Made by a program: the position numbers and the translations under genes. This document shows, one piece after another, positions 50,638 to 64,000 of a stretch of DNA of 64,000 nucleotides. Position 1 is the stretch's first letter. Every line of letters begins with the position of its first letter. The stretch lies in NCBI GenBank assembly GCA_002269645.1, contig NIVC01001628.1, positions 1-64,000 of the forward strand, given 5' to 3'. The notes under the pieces were generated by a model. That model was given only the letters and a program-made list of their open reading frames with translations. It had not been told where the DNA came from and did not search any database. This DNA is from Macrostomum lignano. Taxonomy: Eukaryota.

Positions 50638-51168
50638 GCCGCCGCAGCCCAGACTCTTGCTAGCTTCATCAGTCCAATCTCGAATCTCCGGCCTGGATCG
50701 GAGAAACGGCGGGGCTTGAGGGGCGGCGGGCGTCCGGAGCTCGAGTCCTCGGAGGCGGATCAGGAAGTCGGGTTGGTTGAAGGCCGCTTCAATCGCCCCC
50801 CCCCTCCGCACTCCACCGGAAAATACGAAGTAGCAGAGAAGAAGAAATGGCTTGGGAAAGAAATTGCGAAGCCCCATGGAGAGCTGAAATTCATTTTAAT
50901 AAGAAAAGCGAATTTTCACTCCCAGGTGATCTGCACTCGATGCCGGTCGGCAGCGGGCTGCGGATTTCGCACCGGGCCAGCGCTGGGCCGGGGGCGGCTT
51001 GAGAAGCCAATTCGGCTGCTGGAAACCCGACACCGGGAGGGGGGGCATTTCTGGCTGAGAGATGAGAGTCGGGCTGGGCATCGCCACCTGCGGGTTCCCA
51101 GCTCGGATTGCCAGCACGGCAAATATGCTGGCCTTCTGGATCTGTTGGAATTCGTTTCTCTGCAAACT

Positions 51169-51759
<591 letters not shown>

Positions 51760-53164
51760 CATCTGCTTATTTAGCAGAGCAGGCAGTGCAAACTTTGGGC
51801 AGACAGCACGCAGCTGTCAGCAGCAGCTCACCAAACTCTGTTTAGAATGTCTTCAGAAATGTTTTTCGCCCCTACTGTGACGGAATTCGGTTGCCAGGCA
51901 GCAGAGACGGAGCGAAGGTGCAAGGGGGGGGGGGCTGCTCGCCCTGCCGCCCCAGCAGACAGACAGAGGCTTGAAAATCTTTGCCTGCGCATAACCGAAT
52001 TCCAACTTCTGACATCCGCGCAGAGGGGGTCCGTGCCCCCCCCCCGCCAGAGCCGATGGGGGTGTATCGATGCAAGCCCCAGATATGCAAGCCGATCCTA
52101 AAACCCCGGGATCGATTTTCAAACTGCGGATTAAGCCATGATCTCGCTCGGGATGCTTCAAGCTCGGTAGGTAAAGTAAAGTTGCTTCATTCGTAGAACT
52201 TCAGAACCAGCAGGTTGGGGTGGTCAGGGGGAAGGGGCTCGCTATAGCAAGGCTCGTGGCCAGCGCATATTAACATAAAATTTGCAAATCCGAATGCATA
52301 GAGTCAAGTGTTTTTTGCGCTAATTAATTCTGGACTAGTGCGGCCCAGGTAGCGATATAGAATGGCGCGAAGCCGCACGAGCTTCAATCCGCAACTTTAT
52401 GACCGCCGATAAGCCAGACAAGTGCGGCTTGTAAAGCTCAGCAACAGGTGTTCCTCGGGCTTAAACAAGCTCAGTTATGGCTGTTATGGACATTGCATTA
52501 TAAACGTGCTGACTACAGGCTTTAAGCTCTGTGTACAGTTTTTCAATAAAGTCCAAGTTCGATATATTTTTGTACGCCTGGCGTCGCTCTTCGGCTCGCT
52601 CCGTCCCCGCCTCCGTTCTACGGGTGGGCCAGCTAAATTAATCTGAGGCTAATCCGATCAGGGAGAGACAGGGGGTGAAGGAGGAGCTGAAGAGGCTGAG
52701 ACGCCGCGGCAGCGTCGGAGGCGAGCGGCATTCGGAATTGAAAGAGATTGAGAAATAAGTGGAACGAGAGAGAGAAAGGAGATGACGGCGCGAGGGAGAC
52801 GGACAGGGGGGGGGGGGATGGGGAGCGGGAGAAATGGGGGGCTGCGTGAGCCGGTGGGGGCCGCTAAGTCTGAGTAAAAGTTCACTCTCTAGCAGGTGAC
52901 TCAGCCAAGGGCAAAGATTGAGACTGAATTGTGGGCCAACGGAAATGAGCTTTGATGACTGCGGGCACGAAAGGCTGGCGCTGACCCGATGATCTGAAAC
53001 TTTGTAAACAAAGCTTTGAAGGCCGACATTTTCCGAACTCATGATTCTCAACGAGAATTATTTCAGCAAATCGGCTTCCTCATTTCAATCTTATTAATAA
53101 AATATTTCTGTAGGCATTAAGATTTGTCTCGATTGCCTCGTCGAGAATGGGCAGCTGGCCTGTG

Positions 53165-53435
53165 TGCACCCTGGCGCACTTTAGGCGACATTGTCGCACA
53201 ACGGCGAGAGGCATTGCTGCCCATTCCGCCAACTCCCCTGAGCAGGCACACAAGCGCGTGGATACGAACGCAGTCATACGCTCAGGCATGTACACTTCAC
53301 TGTGCCTGGGGGTTGGCCCTCAAGACCTCGTTTATTGCACGAGCAGAGCCAAGCCGAGATTCCAATTGAGCTCCAAATTAATGTGGCTGCACTCGGAATC
53401 GAGCCTGGGCCGCTGGTACACGAGAGCTAATCCTC
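53165..53435 (-). mobile_element. second copy of the same SINE family
   Basis: Colinear similarity with 44280-44550; B-box-like motif retained; ends uncertain. Confidence 0.75.
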
Positions 53436-56289
53436 ACTGAGATCTGAAGGATAAACTGAGAATCTGCACCAGCAATTCGCGAGCTTCAGCAGTCTCCAAG
53501 TTTGAAGAATTCTTCAGCAGTCATTAATCAGGCCATAATTTCACAGCACAGGGCGCCGCTAACGACAAGCTGTTAACGCAGTCTGACCGGGTCGCAATTA
53601 CAGTTTCAACAACAGGCAGCGCAGCTTAACCGGTTCAAGCATTTTATTGCCGCACCCTTTCAAACCTCAGCCTGCTGCCGCAAGCGTGAAGAGGTTCCCG
53701 CGCTGAACTTTTCCAGCCGCAGGCCCAGCTGCCCCGAGATGCAGAACCGGGGGGGGGGGAAACAGATAGGGCCGGGCAGAGGGGGACAGCAGATGTCAGT
53801 CTCCCACTAACTGGCGCATTCATGTGTGTTTTTACAGTATGAATTCTCCCTACCTGTCCAAGGAGACCCAGAACAGGCCTTGGAGCGGCAACTCTACTTC
53901 AAGGCAGCAAGACGAGTTTGTGAGCATTGACTCAAAGTTTCATTTTGTGCCAAACAAGCAGGCCTGCCAAATGTCACAATAAAATCAGAAGTCGGTCAAT
54001 GAAGGATCGAAAACTTCTGCAGCCGGCCTGCAGTTGGCTGGGACTGGAGGAGTCGCTACCCCCAAGGCCCTGGCGCAAGGCCTCCTTGCCCCGGGCAAGT
54101 CCCGCAGCACAGGAGGACCGCTCGAAAAGCCAGCGCGAACACAAATTATCCCCATTCTTGGGGAAGAATTCGTAGGGCAGCGATACGCGACCCCCAGACA
54201 GTTCAACCCCTGCCGCATCGAGTCCGCCAGCACTTCACCAGAAAGTTCGGAATTCCCCCCAAGGTCACCGCGCCTACCAATTTGCACCGGTTGGGGAGAG
54301 GCTGGCAAATTAATCATTGCCAATCATTCTGGGGGCAGGGCACGCAGTGACTCAGTGCCCAGCACCGGGGAGATCAGATGCCGGACACGCAGTCTCATGT
54401 ACCCCGGCTAATCAGCCCGGCTCAGCAGGTGGCCGCGCTGTCCCAGACGATCGGGGGAAAGTGCGATAGAAAATAAAATCTGCTGCTTGCTGTGCAGTCG
54501 CGCGTGAAGCTGGACACCCGCCCTACGCTCCTCTCCATCACTTCTTCCCACGGAGGAACGGAGGCGGGCTCCAGAGGTGATGAATGGAGGGCCGCAGCTC
54601 AGCCCCCCCCGCCCCGGTCCCAATTATTCCAGCACCAGCCCACGAGCCCAGTGTAATCTGAAAGCACTCAACATTTGCCAGACTGCTGCCAGCCTCCTCA
54701 GCACCTCCCCGCCACCCCCGGCCTTCGCCATCCCGAAAACACGCTGCCGGAGCCGCCACTAATCAAGCAGCCTCGACTTCCACCGCAGACTGGGGCCCGC
54801 TAGAAAACTCCCACCACCCCCAGTCTCTTCCCAGCAACCGGGCCACGTCTCTCTAAAGGGAAGGAGACGGCACTGACTGGACCGCTGACTCATCGCCCAG
54901 CCTCCATTCCCCATCGCCTTTCTGCACTTTTAAGTTCCGATACTCGACGAGCGAAAGCGGGCACAACGTGATTTATAAAAATCCAAATGAGTCTGCAGCT
55001 GGCGACGAGAGCACCGGCCCTCGGGGGATTCTAGAAAATAAATAATAATGATAAGTATTGCCGGGAAGAAATTACTCAGCCGAGTCAAGTGTCAGCCGCC
55101 ACCTCATCCAGCAGTCGGGTTGAGCAGAGAGTGAGCACTCACTCAGACAGTGGGGGGGGGGTTGGCGATTCTGCATTCCCAGAGAAATTGGGGGGGTTGT
55201 GGTCATGATAATAAATCACACACACAGCGGAGACAAGTTTGGCAATTTCTTTTACCATAATAAAACTGCAGCACTGCAGCATGGCCGGCTGTTCATCGCA
55301 TATATTTATTAACCTATTTGCTTAATAATATTAAACTGATTGCAAACAAACTTTCAAATACTTTATTATGGATATTAAAAATGAATAAAATAAATTTCAG
55401 TCAGCTGATGAAGCGCACACAGAAGTAAAACAGATTCTTCAATGCAATACTTGTAGACCAGTGTTAGTATGTATTATTATATATAGAAATTTCTGACTGG
55501 GCAATGATCAACCAGATTGTGAGGTAACAAAAATATCATCAAAATCCGTTGCTATGGCAACACGCTTCAACAATTGAAATTAGCGTTCTGTCTCGGAATA
55601 AACAAATAAATAAATAAATAGAAGTAATCTAATAATCTAGAGAACAACACAGACTGACAGCTCGACTTGGCTTGAGCAAATTTGGATAATTGCTAATCTA
55701 AATATTTTCTTCTAGCAGCAGCAAGCGGGAAAGAAAACACAAACAGAGAAAAAACTTTAATAAATAATTTCTACTAGCGAGATCAAAACAATAAAAAATG
55801 AAAATGATAAATGATAAAATCATCATTGCAGTATAAATTCTATTCTGACACAGCGCTGCTGCACTGCAATGAGTTAATAAATAAATGAACTGGGCTGTGA
55901 GGACAGCACACAGGTGACAGATGCGCTGACCAGGCCAATAGTTGATTGCAAATTAATCTGGATTGCTAGCAGTAATCATATTAGTTACAAATAGTAATTA
56001 GCAATATTCAACAACAGCAAATATAATAGCATCAGCAAGTAATTAAGAAATATTAACTAAAAATAAAATTTTGCGCTGATTCTCGCTTAAATTTAAATTT
56101 TGATTGACTGATTGACAGACTGCTACAGCGTTGAGTGATGCGGTTCGGCAAGGCCACAAAACATCTGGTGGCATCAGCTGATTGGTTTCGGGTGAATAAT
56201 GAACCTGGAAAGAACTTAGGAAAAACTTTTTTAGTGCAAGAATACTGTCAAGCTTGGGGGAAGTTTGAAGGTCAAAGTAGTTTTAGCTA

Positions 56290-56728
56290 TAAGCTGACCT
56301 CAGTTGACCCCGAAGCCAAGGGTTTATGTTAAAATTTTCAATAACCTGACCTCAGTTGACCCCGGAGCCAAGGGCTAATGTTAAGATTCTCACTAAGCTG
56401 ACCTCAGTTGACCCCGGAGCCAAGGGCTAATGTTAAGATTCTCACTAAGCTGACCTCAGTTGACCCCGGAGCCAAGGGCTAATGTTAAGATTCTCGCTAA
56501 GCTGACCTCAGTTGACCCCGGAGCCAAGGGCTAATGTTAAGATTCTCGCTAAGCTGACCTCAGTTGACCCCAGAGCTAAGGGCTAATGTTAAGATTCTCA
56601 CTAAGCTGACCTCAGTTGACCCTAGAGCTAAGGGCTAATGTTAAGATTCTCGCTAAGCTGACCTCAGTTGACCCTAGAGCTAAGGGCTAATGTTAAGATT
56701 CTCGCTAAGCTGACCTCAGTTGACCCCG
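56290..56728. repeat. 52-bp minisatellite, 9 copies each with TGACCTcagtTGACCC (DR4), just 3' of the abLIM stop
   Basis: Motif starts at 56295 and recurs every 52 bp to 56711. Confidence 0.98.
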
Positions 56729-56766
56729 GAGATGAAGCGAGACCCGAACCTTCAAGAAAAGGAGTG

Positions 56767-58674
56767 TCAAAACAAATCAGCTTTGCGCTTGAGGTCGCTC
56801 CTGCGCCACTCGGGGAGGCGCTGGAAATGGCGCCGTTCCATTCCAAAGACGTGCATGAACTCCTCGTCGGAGAGGTGCGCCTCCAGCCGCGTCGGATCGG
56901 CGCCGCGCGGCGGCTGCTTGGCGCCGGAATGGCGGCGCAGCGCCTCGTAGTCGAACTGGCGCGGCGGAGGCGGCGCCGGGCGGTGAAGCCGCAGTGGCCC
57001 GCCGGTGGCGTGCAGGCCGAGGATGTTGGGGTAGGACAGCAGGTCCTCGTCGTCGGAGGCCGCGAGCAGCTTGGCGTAGCGGCTCTCCCTGCGGGCGGCG
57101 GCGGCCGCGGCGTCGGCTGGGCTCGCGTCCTGCGCCTGCTGGCGGCGGTCGGGCGGCGGCAGGCTGGCCGCCTTGGAGCGGACGGCGGCAGGCGAGTAGC
57201 CGCGATTACCGACGCTGACGAATCCCTGCGGCGAAGGCACGGGCGGTCGCCTGGATGCCGTCAACTGCGGCTGCGGGCGCGGCGTCTGCTGAAACTGCTG
57301 CTGCATCCGCTGCAGCCGGCTGGCCCTGGACGGCGGCGGCGGCGGCGGGCTGACCGGATCGTCCGGGCCGAGCAGCAGGGCGGAGCCAAGGCCGCCGAGC
57401 TCCAGCCGGCCGGATTCGAACTCGCGGCGAGACCGGCTGCCGTCGCGGAAGCCGCGCCTGGACGAGGCGGCAGGCTGCTGTTGGGCGGCGGCTGCCTCAT
57501 CGGCGCTGGCGGCGGCCCCCTCAGCCTCTCGCCGGCGCTGGCGCTGCCGCTCGGCTAGCAGGAGGGCGGGCAGCGGCGGGCAGGGCCAGTCGTCCCGCTC
57601 GATTGGCGCCGGCTTGGCCAGGTCGGGCCGGGAGCCGGCCGGGTAGTGGCTGAGCAGCAGCGGGTCCTCGTTCGGGTCCAGCGACGGCGCCGGGCTGGGC
57701 GTCCGCGGCGTCCGGGGCCGACCGCCGCCGGCCACGCTGGCTGGGCGGCGCGGCCCGATGGAGCCGGGGTGGGTGCCGGCGCCGCGCGATGATGAAGCGA
57801 GGCTGTGCGCCCGCGACCGGGGCCGGCTGCCGTCCCGGTGCATCGGCAGGTGGAAATGCTGAGGCTGCGGACTCGGCGACCTGGTTGAAGAGGCCACGGC
57901 GGCGCAGGGGCTGGCGGGCCGGTGGTAGCGGTCGTTGGGGTGCAGCTTGCGCTCGGCCTCCTGCTCCAGGGTGAGGTAGGACCTGGCCAGCTGGGAGCCC
58001 CAGCGCGACCGCCGGCTGCTGGACGCCTCGGACGGGCAGGAAAAGCTGCCGGGGCTGTGGTGGCCGCCGCCCCTGATGCTGCTGCCATCGGCCAGGTAGT
58101 GGTAGTGGTGATAGTGCTGCGGCGGGTAGTGCTGGTGCTGAGGCAGGCTGCGCAGGCCGTGCCCGGTGCTCTCGGTGGTGTACCCGGTGTCTGTGTTGGC
58201 GTCGAAGGCGCCGTTGCCAGTGACGGCGGCGGCGGCGGCGGCGGTGGGCGGGGCGGTGCCCACCCGCAGTCCGCCGGCAGGGTCGGTGTCGGAGGCGGCC
58301 TCGTCCTTGAGGCGCTCCCGGTGGGAGCAGGCCTTGCACAGGTAGAGCTCATTGGACCAGAGGGTGACGCGGTCGCCGGGGGTGAAGGGGGTCCGGCAGG
58401 TCTGGCAGCGGAAGCAGCTGGGGTGGAAGGTGCTGCCCAGCGCGGTGATCACCTCGCCAACAACGTAGCCGGCGCAGATGCGGCACTTGACGCCGAACAG
58501 CCGCTGATAGTCGTCCGGACAGTAGAACTTGGCGTCCCGGACGAAGAAGCCGCCGCGTTCGAGGCCGGCTGAGCACTCGGCACACTTGAAGCAGTCGCGG
58601 TGCATGTACTGCTCCTGGACTCGGAGCACCTCGCCTTTGCAGCGCTTCTGGCAGGCCAGGCAGTACACCTTCAT
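56767..58674 (-). CDS. ABLIM: actin-binding LIM protein (abLIM/UNC-115/dematin family): 2 LIM domains, anchor motif, villin headpiece; single coding exon
   Basis: [14 protein letters not shown]....[23 protein letters not shown] match abLIM LIM1-2; IERDDWP motif; [11 protein letters not shown]...[14 protein letters not shown] headpiece; in-frame upstream stop at 58690-58692. Confidence 0.95.
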   Translation of the reverse strand: MKVYCLACQKRCKGEVLRVQEQYMHRDCFKCAECSAGLERGGFFVRDAKFYCPDDYQRLFGVKCRICAGYVVGEVITALGSTFHPSCFRCQTCRTPFTPGDRVTLWSNELYLCKACSHRERLKDEAASDTDPAGGLRVGTAPPTAAAAAAVTGNGAFDANTDTGYTTESTGHGLRSLPQHQHYPPQHYHHYHYLADGSSIRGGGHHSPGSFSCPSEASSSRRSRWGSQLARSYLTLEQEAERKLHPNDRYHRPASPCAAVASSTRSPSPQPQHFHLPMHRDGSRPRSRAHSLASSSRGAGTHPGSIGPRRPASVAGGGRPRTPRTPSPAPSLDPNEDPLLLSHYPAGSRPDLAKPAPIERDDWPCPPLPALLLAERQRQRRREAEGAAASADEAAAAQQQPAASSRRGFRDGSRSRREFESGRLELGGLGSALLLGPDDPVSPPPPPPSRASRLQRMQQQFQQTPRPQPQLTASRRPPVPSPQGFVSVGNRGYSPAAVRSKAASLPPPDRRQQAQDASPADAAAAAARRESRYAKLLAASDDEDLLSYPNILGLHATGGPLRLHRPAPPPPRQFDYEALRRHSGAKQPPRGADPTRLEAHLSDEEFMHVFGMERRHFQRLPEWRRSDLKRKADLF

Positions 58675-60404
58675 GGCGCTGGCGGGGGCTCAAGTATGGA
58701 CTGGCTGGTGCTGGCGTGGCTGGCAGGTGCTGCAGTCGGATGGACACAGCTGCGGAGACAAATATAAGTGTAATAAGCTTAAAAAATAAAACTTGTCAAT
58801 GGCCATAGGTGTTGATAAGTCAAACTAAATCCTTTATACCATATATATAATGTTCTATTTTTAGGCCTATTTGAAGTTACTGCATGACTTTTTTATGAAA
58901 AGAAAGAACATTTGACCAGCCAGAACTTACAATTCTAGGCCTTTATACCAGATGCTCATGGATGTATTGGTGTTGGAATTTTGCCAAACTGGCTATCACC
59001 GAACAAAATGGAAACCAAATATGCAAATCATTTTAATGAATTTTTATGCTTTAAGTACTCAAATTGGATTTATATAGGTGATGAATCCAACTATCTAAAT
59101 TTTTCTATATGATAGAATTGATAATTTGAATAAAAAACAAATCTAAGACCTTATAAAGGTGTCAAGGCAGTTATGATTAAAAATAATAAAATAAAATTTA
59201 AACTTTTATTACAAAAAACTAGTTCTAAAACAAAACTCTATTATACAAACGTATATTCTTTAAGTAAATATAGTAAGATGTACTTCTTATTAGACAGATT
59301 TATAAACTATTATTTAGGAATAAATTAGGACTTAGGGTTTTTTGCCATTGAGATTTATAAAACTAGGCAAACCCTAAAAAATTCCTATGGCATTAGTAAT
59401 ACTAAATAATGATAAATGCAATACATACCATAATACATACCATAAATAATATACCTTATTATTTACCACACATAGCAAGGTATAATAGAAAATTCCAGTG
59501 CATATAACCAAAACCCAAGTTACAAGTTACTCCACACTGCATTTTTAATACTGTGATGCAATTCAAGTCAGAGTTATGATTCAGTTATGATGCAATCTGT
59601 TTCAGAATCAGAATTTAACCAATCAGTTTTTTCTCTAGCATTCTTACAATGCATTTCAAGTTGAAAGGTTTGCTTGACCTTTGCAAAAAGCATGTCTTTT
59701 GAATATTTAATGCCTTTAGCAACAAGCAATTTCTTAGCCAAGACACATATACTGTCACAGGAAAATTTCTGATCAAACAGTGCAAGTCTCATGAAAATCG
59801 GTTAAGCCATTCTGGAGATAATCGATTATGCACAAACATACAAGACTTTCATTTTTAGTATATAGGAGGATAGATGTATATTTCAGCAAAACAAAGTGGC
59901 TAGTTTGGCGAAAAGATTGGTGACTTGTATTATGTAATTGCAAATATACTAATTGGGTAATTAAAGCTTTTATTTAATAATAGAATTAATTTGCAGTTTG
60001 ATAATTTAAAAACTCATGACTTAGATAGTAGCTATATTATGCACATACAATCTATTAATATGCAATGATTGATTAGAGATGCCCTAATAATAACAGTGTG
60101 GTTTTTAAGATATCAGTTGTACTTTTCAAATGGTATTTTGAAATTGGAACGGAATAAAATGGCACCTAATAAAACAACTAAATAAAATTGTCATAGAAAA
60201 AAACAAATATAAAATTAGTCTTTGACTCTTTATAGGCCCCCTAAAATTAATCATTTTTTTACTTTTTTCTAAAACAACAAAAACTCTTTACTAAAGCTTA
60301 GAACAAATCTTTTACTAAAATGGTTAGCTTTTAGATGAAATGTTCATTTTTAAAGGATTTTTTGCCATTATTAACTTTTGCTGCAAATTCTTTTGCCAAA
60401 GTTA

Positions 60405-61681
60405 GGGACTTCAGTGAGTTATAAGAAGTGCGTGCCAATGGCAAAAAAGTAAGAAAAAAGTCCAATTTTTCAAGGGCGATTTTAAAGAAACTATAGAAGC
60501 CAGGATGAAAGTAAAATATGCATTTAAAAGGTAAAAAGGAGCTCTTTCAAATGACACCAACTGCAAGTCTAGCTTTGTTATACTTTTTGCACTGTCTATT
60601 TTTAAAGTTGACCATTTTTTAGGAGGAATATAAAATTGAAGCAAAATGAATAAAAAAACAGTGGTTCAGAAAATGCTTTTTCTTAGCTGCAATGTGTTTC
60701 TTATAATGGAAACAAAGGTTTTATAGTGTAAAGGGATAATTTAGAAACATTTTTCTGGTGTTAAAAAAAATTTTTTTTTCTTTTAATGCCTATATGGCTC
60801 TATGCAAAATTTCAAATCCAAAATTTTCCATGAAATCCTTTTCCTGCATTGTTTCTCTTTATATTTTTCATTACCTATTGACAATACAAGCACAGTAAAA
60901 AAAACCGCTTGCCAATAGCTATAGGCGCAAAAATTTTGTGGAGGTTTCTTTTTTTGATACGTTTACATGTAAAATACCCATTGAAACGTGTATTTCGTGT
61001 TTTTTGTGAGACTCTGCCTTCCGGCAAACTAGTTCTCTGTGTCATTTAACTAATTCTGCTATGCTGAACACGATAGGCAAAACCGTTTTTTAATAAACCC
61101 ATGCGCAAAGCCTGTACAGCACATTACATTGCAGTTGGGGTGTCTGTCATGCATTAAAAATTTAGGGCAAGAAGTAGAATAGTATTATAGTAGGTAAAAA
61201 CCTGAACAAAATGACACTAGCCTTGTATAAATTAAGCAAGCAGAACAGATGCTATTGTATTTTTAAAATTGCAATCATTGCGTATCTGGTTAAAATAGTC
61301 AAAATTTCATACACCCATCCTGTTTCAATTAGCTTAGCAACTTGGGCATATAAAATAATATTAAAATATATAATTCATACAATTAACACTAAAAAACTGA
61401 ACAAAATGACACCAAGCACAGTCATTTTGGTTGGCTAGAAAATTAATTACAAGTGTTCAAAGACAAAAAGCCAACTTTTTGGCCAAAAATGATCACAAAC
61501 TGTAATGTAAAAATTCCATTGGCTAAAGGCACAAATCGGGGTTACTAAAATAGCTGTAGTTTCCTTATTACTCAACCAAATCACTAAAGTTTGGCCATTT
61601 TGGAAATGGGAAAGTAAGATCTATCTAGTGAAATAGCAGCCTATAACAATTTCTGAAATTTAATTTTCTCACTGAAGTGCC
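60405..61681. mobile_element. TA-flanked non-autonomous DNA transposon (Tc1/mariner-type signature)
   Basis: 14-bp TIR GG(G/C)ACTTCAGTGAG with TA on both sides. Confidence 0.6.
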
Positions 61682-62977
61682 TACCAAAGTGGGTTGAAAC
61701 CAATAATATTAATACTAAAATCAGCACTTTTGACAATTATAAGATTATCAAAGATAATATTATTAAAAAGCTAGGGTCTAATAAATAATAAGGGTCAGGT
61801 CAAAAGATAATTCATCAAAAAAATAGGAAAATTCATCAAGCAATGTCAAACGCCTAGGCCATCTGGCCATGTTTTTTTTACTTCCAAAGAGTCCAGTTAC
61901 AGCCAAAATAGCTTCAAGATAGAGACAATGCCTAAACTAAATAATTAGCAAAATTAGTTCAATGATAGGCCTACCAATTTTAAAGTATCGACTTAGAGAA
62001 ACTTTCACGTGTCCTTAATTATTAAATAGCATAGGACAAATTACAAATACAAATATTGCATTTATATTTGGTTCAGCTGTTCAGTCAGTGCGACTGTGCA
62101 AAATAGCGGTACAGGCCACGGCACTCGTCAGAGTCAGAGAGACGAGAGAGTCAGATGCTGATTTAAATCTTAATCAATTAAAAACAGAAATCGAGATGAT
62201 TAGGCCCAGTATGCGGTACACTTTCTCTGATGTTTAAATCGAGTCCGATCATTACTACTTTGTTCATCGTACCGTGGATGATCAATCTAGAGCTCTCGAT
62301 CCCCTGAGCTATTTAAGATGGAAAGCGTTTGTTAAATTTAAAAAAGAAATTGGCTTCAAAGCTAAACTATAACATAATAATAGAGTTTTCTGTCTGAAGT
62401 TTAAAAATAGCTTTTAAATGATTCTTCAGTAATTTTAGTAAAAACATTTTTTAAACAAAAAACTTTTGAACTACAAGGCTTGCTTAGGCATTATTTAAAA
62501 TTCTTACTTTCATAGAATCAATCATTCAAGAGAGAAGAAAACTTAAAACACTTGTTCCATGAACTTAATATAGTACAGCCCAAAAATCTTTTTTACAGTG
62601 TAAGCGGAGTGTAAGTGTAAGTGGGAACTACACTAGTTTTTTTTAATTACAGTGGATATAACTTTCAACTTTAGTTAGTACCGGTACACTGGGTAGGCCT
62701 AATAAAGCCATAAAGGCCTAACGTTTTATTTCACATTGTGAATTAGCTGCATAATGACGAATGACGATGCCTTGTTATTTTAGCCAGGCAGCTTCTTGCA
62801 TAAAACTTTGGGCATTCTTTCGTTTTACGATCACATAGCACTGTCCCTTTGGAAGTCGGGACTTTCGTTACACAATCCCCCATAGAAGACGAAAAAGTTA
62901 AAATTGCTTTTAAAATCAAACTTCAAAATAGGACCACTTCTAAGCGTTTTTTTATTGTAGTATCAAATCTTGTGTCT

Positions 62978-63965
62978 TGTAGAAACGCATAGCTTATATT
63001 CACTTTTGTCATACAATTATTTAAATGGTTAAATTATATAATATAGGTGATTGCAGGACAAAACTGAACTCACTTTCATCCTACGATCCATAGCTGGGAA
63101 GGTGGCAGTTTTTGGTGAATTTTCCGGCGCAAATTGGCCCTTTTTTGGCACACACGGTGCACACGGCGTACAAGGAAAAATTGGAAATGCTCTGGCGGTG
63201 CACATGGCGCATGGTGCTGAAAAAATATATAGTTACACTTTGTTATACTTTGCAAAATATATAGTGTCAGGCCTAATTCCATAATTCGTAAAATAAAATT
63301 ATGTAAATTATGTAAATTACATAAATTACGTAAATCACGATATAAAATATGTAAATGAAATTCAAATTTGTCTACCGTAAATTCCTTACGGTAGAATAAA
63401 TACCTTACCTTACCTTACTTTACCTTAGACTTATCTTATCATGGCGCGCTGCGGCGCACAAAATCTTTTCTTCATGGTGCACGGCGCACAATGCTCAAAA
63501 GCCATCAAAATAGTTCTGGCGCACACTGTGCCACCTTCCCGACTATGGCCTACGATCACCCTATAATATAAAGCATATGTCCATTTAACTGGGGGGATTG
63601 TAAAACAAAAGTGAGGGGTGTGGGTACCCAGAATTGGTTCGCAGTTTTCGCAGCTCTTTTTATCATTTCAAAATGATAGGAAATTGTTGGTATAATCAAC
63701 ATTTCAATTAAACAAACAATTTCAGCCTCTACAATGTCCACAAACCAAAAGCCGCAAAGCCACCAAAAACTGCAACCCAATTCTAGGCACTCACTTTTGT
63801 CTTACAATCCCCCCCAGTGCCCAGTTAAATGGACATATGTTTTATATTGTGGGGTGATCAAAGACAAAAGTAAGTTCCATTTTGTCTTGCAATCACTTCT
63901 ATATATAATTTTACCATTTAAATGATCATATGACAAAAGTGAATATAAATTATGCACTTCTATAA
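62978..63965. mobile_element. long-TIR (foldback) element hosting the 63088-63548 MITE in its left arm
   Basis: 62978-63087 plus 63549-63615 form the inverted complement of about 63787-63965; outer ends not resolved. Confidence 0.7.
63088..63548. mobile_element. 461-bp MITE, CCATAG termini, 8-bp TSD
   Basis: TIR CCATAG(CT)GGGAAGGTGGCA / TGCCACCTTCCCGACTATGG; TSD CCTACGAT at 63080-63087 and 63549-63556. Confidence 0.88.
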
Positions 63966-64000
63966 CTATGCTATGCCTACATTTCTATGATTTGCAGTGA

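Noticed and set aside
53838-53919. Isolated + strand exon-like segment (tttttacag|...|GTGAGC)
   Set aside because: No partner exons or recognisable peptide; cannot be supported without RNA data.
56668-58572. Overlapping antisense and alternative-frame ORFs over abLIM (also over the PQ and BACE exons)
   Set aside because: Shadow ORFs of GC-rich coding sequence; no recognisable domains.
59790-59875. Helitron/DINE-like 3' end (ATGAAAATCGG...TATATAG)
   Set aside because: Resemblance from memory only; no boundaries or second copy in the window.

Overview
Eukaryotic (metazoan) genomic DNA with GC-rich exons and introns packed with private mini/microsatellites; the style resembles the free-living flatworm Macrostomum lignano (inference, not verified). 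Five protein-coding genes were reconstructed by hand, all on the minus strand: (1) an 8-exon cation-type nicotinic acetylcholine receptor alpha subunit (17212->473, 658 aa); (2,3) a tandem pair of 2-exon PQ-loop membrane proteins with two extra predicted C-terminal TM helices (28120->25909; 24525->23236); (4) a 4-exon BACE/memapsin-like type I membrane aspartic protease (47857->43883, 503 aa) whose second catalytic Asp is replaced by His (DSGT->HSGV); (5) an intronless two-LIM abLIM/UNC-115-like protein with villin headpiece (58674->56767). The AT-rich middle (about 28.4-43 kb) and the right end are transposon graveyards: a decayed, intron-containing KDZ (Kyakuja-Dileera-Zisupton)-type transposase gene, several MITEs with clear TIRs/TSDs (some nested, one strongly CpG-depleted) and tRNA-derived SINEs. 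About 25 tandem arrays are present; several are built from splice-donor copies or from canonical transcription-factor motifs (CCAAT, DR4, kappaB). No CRISPR, rRNA or intact tRNA found. All calls are manual; no searches were run.
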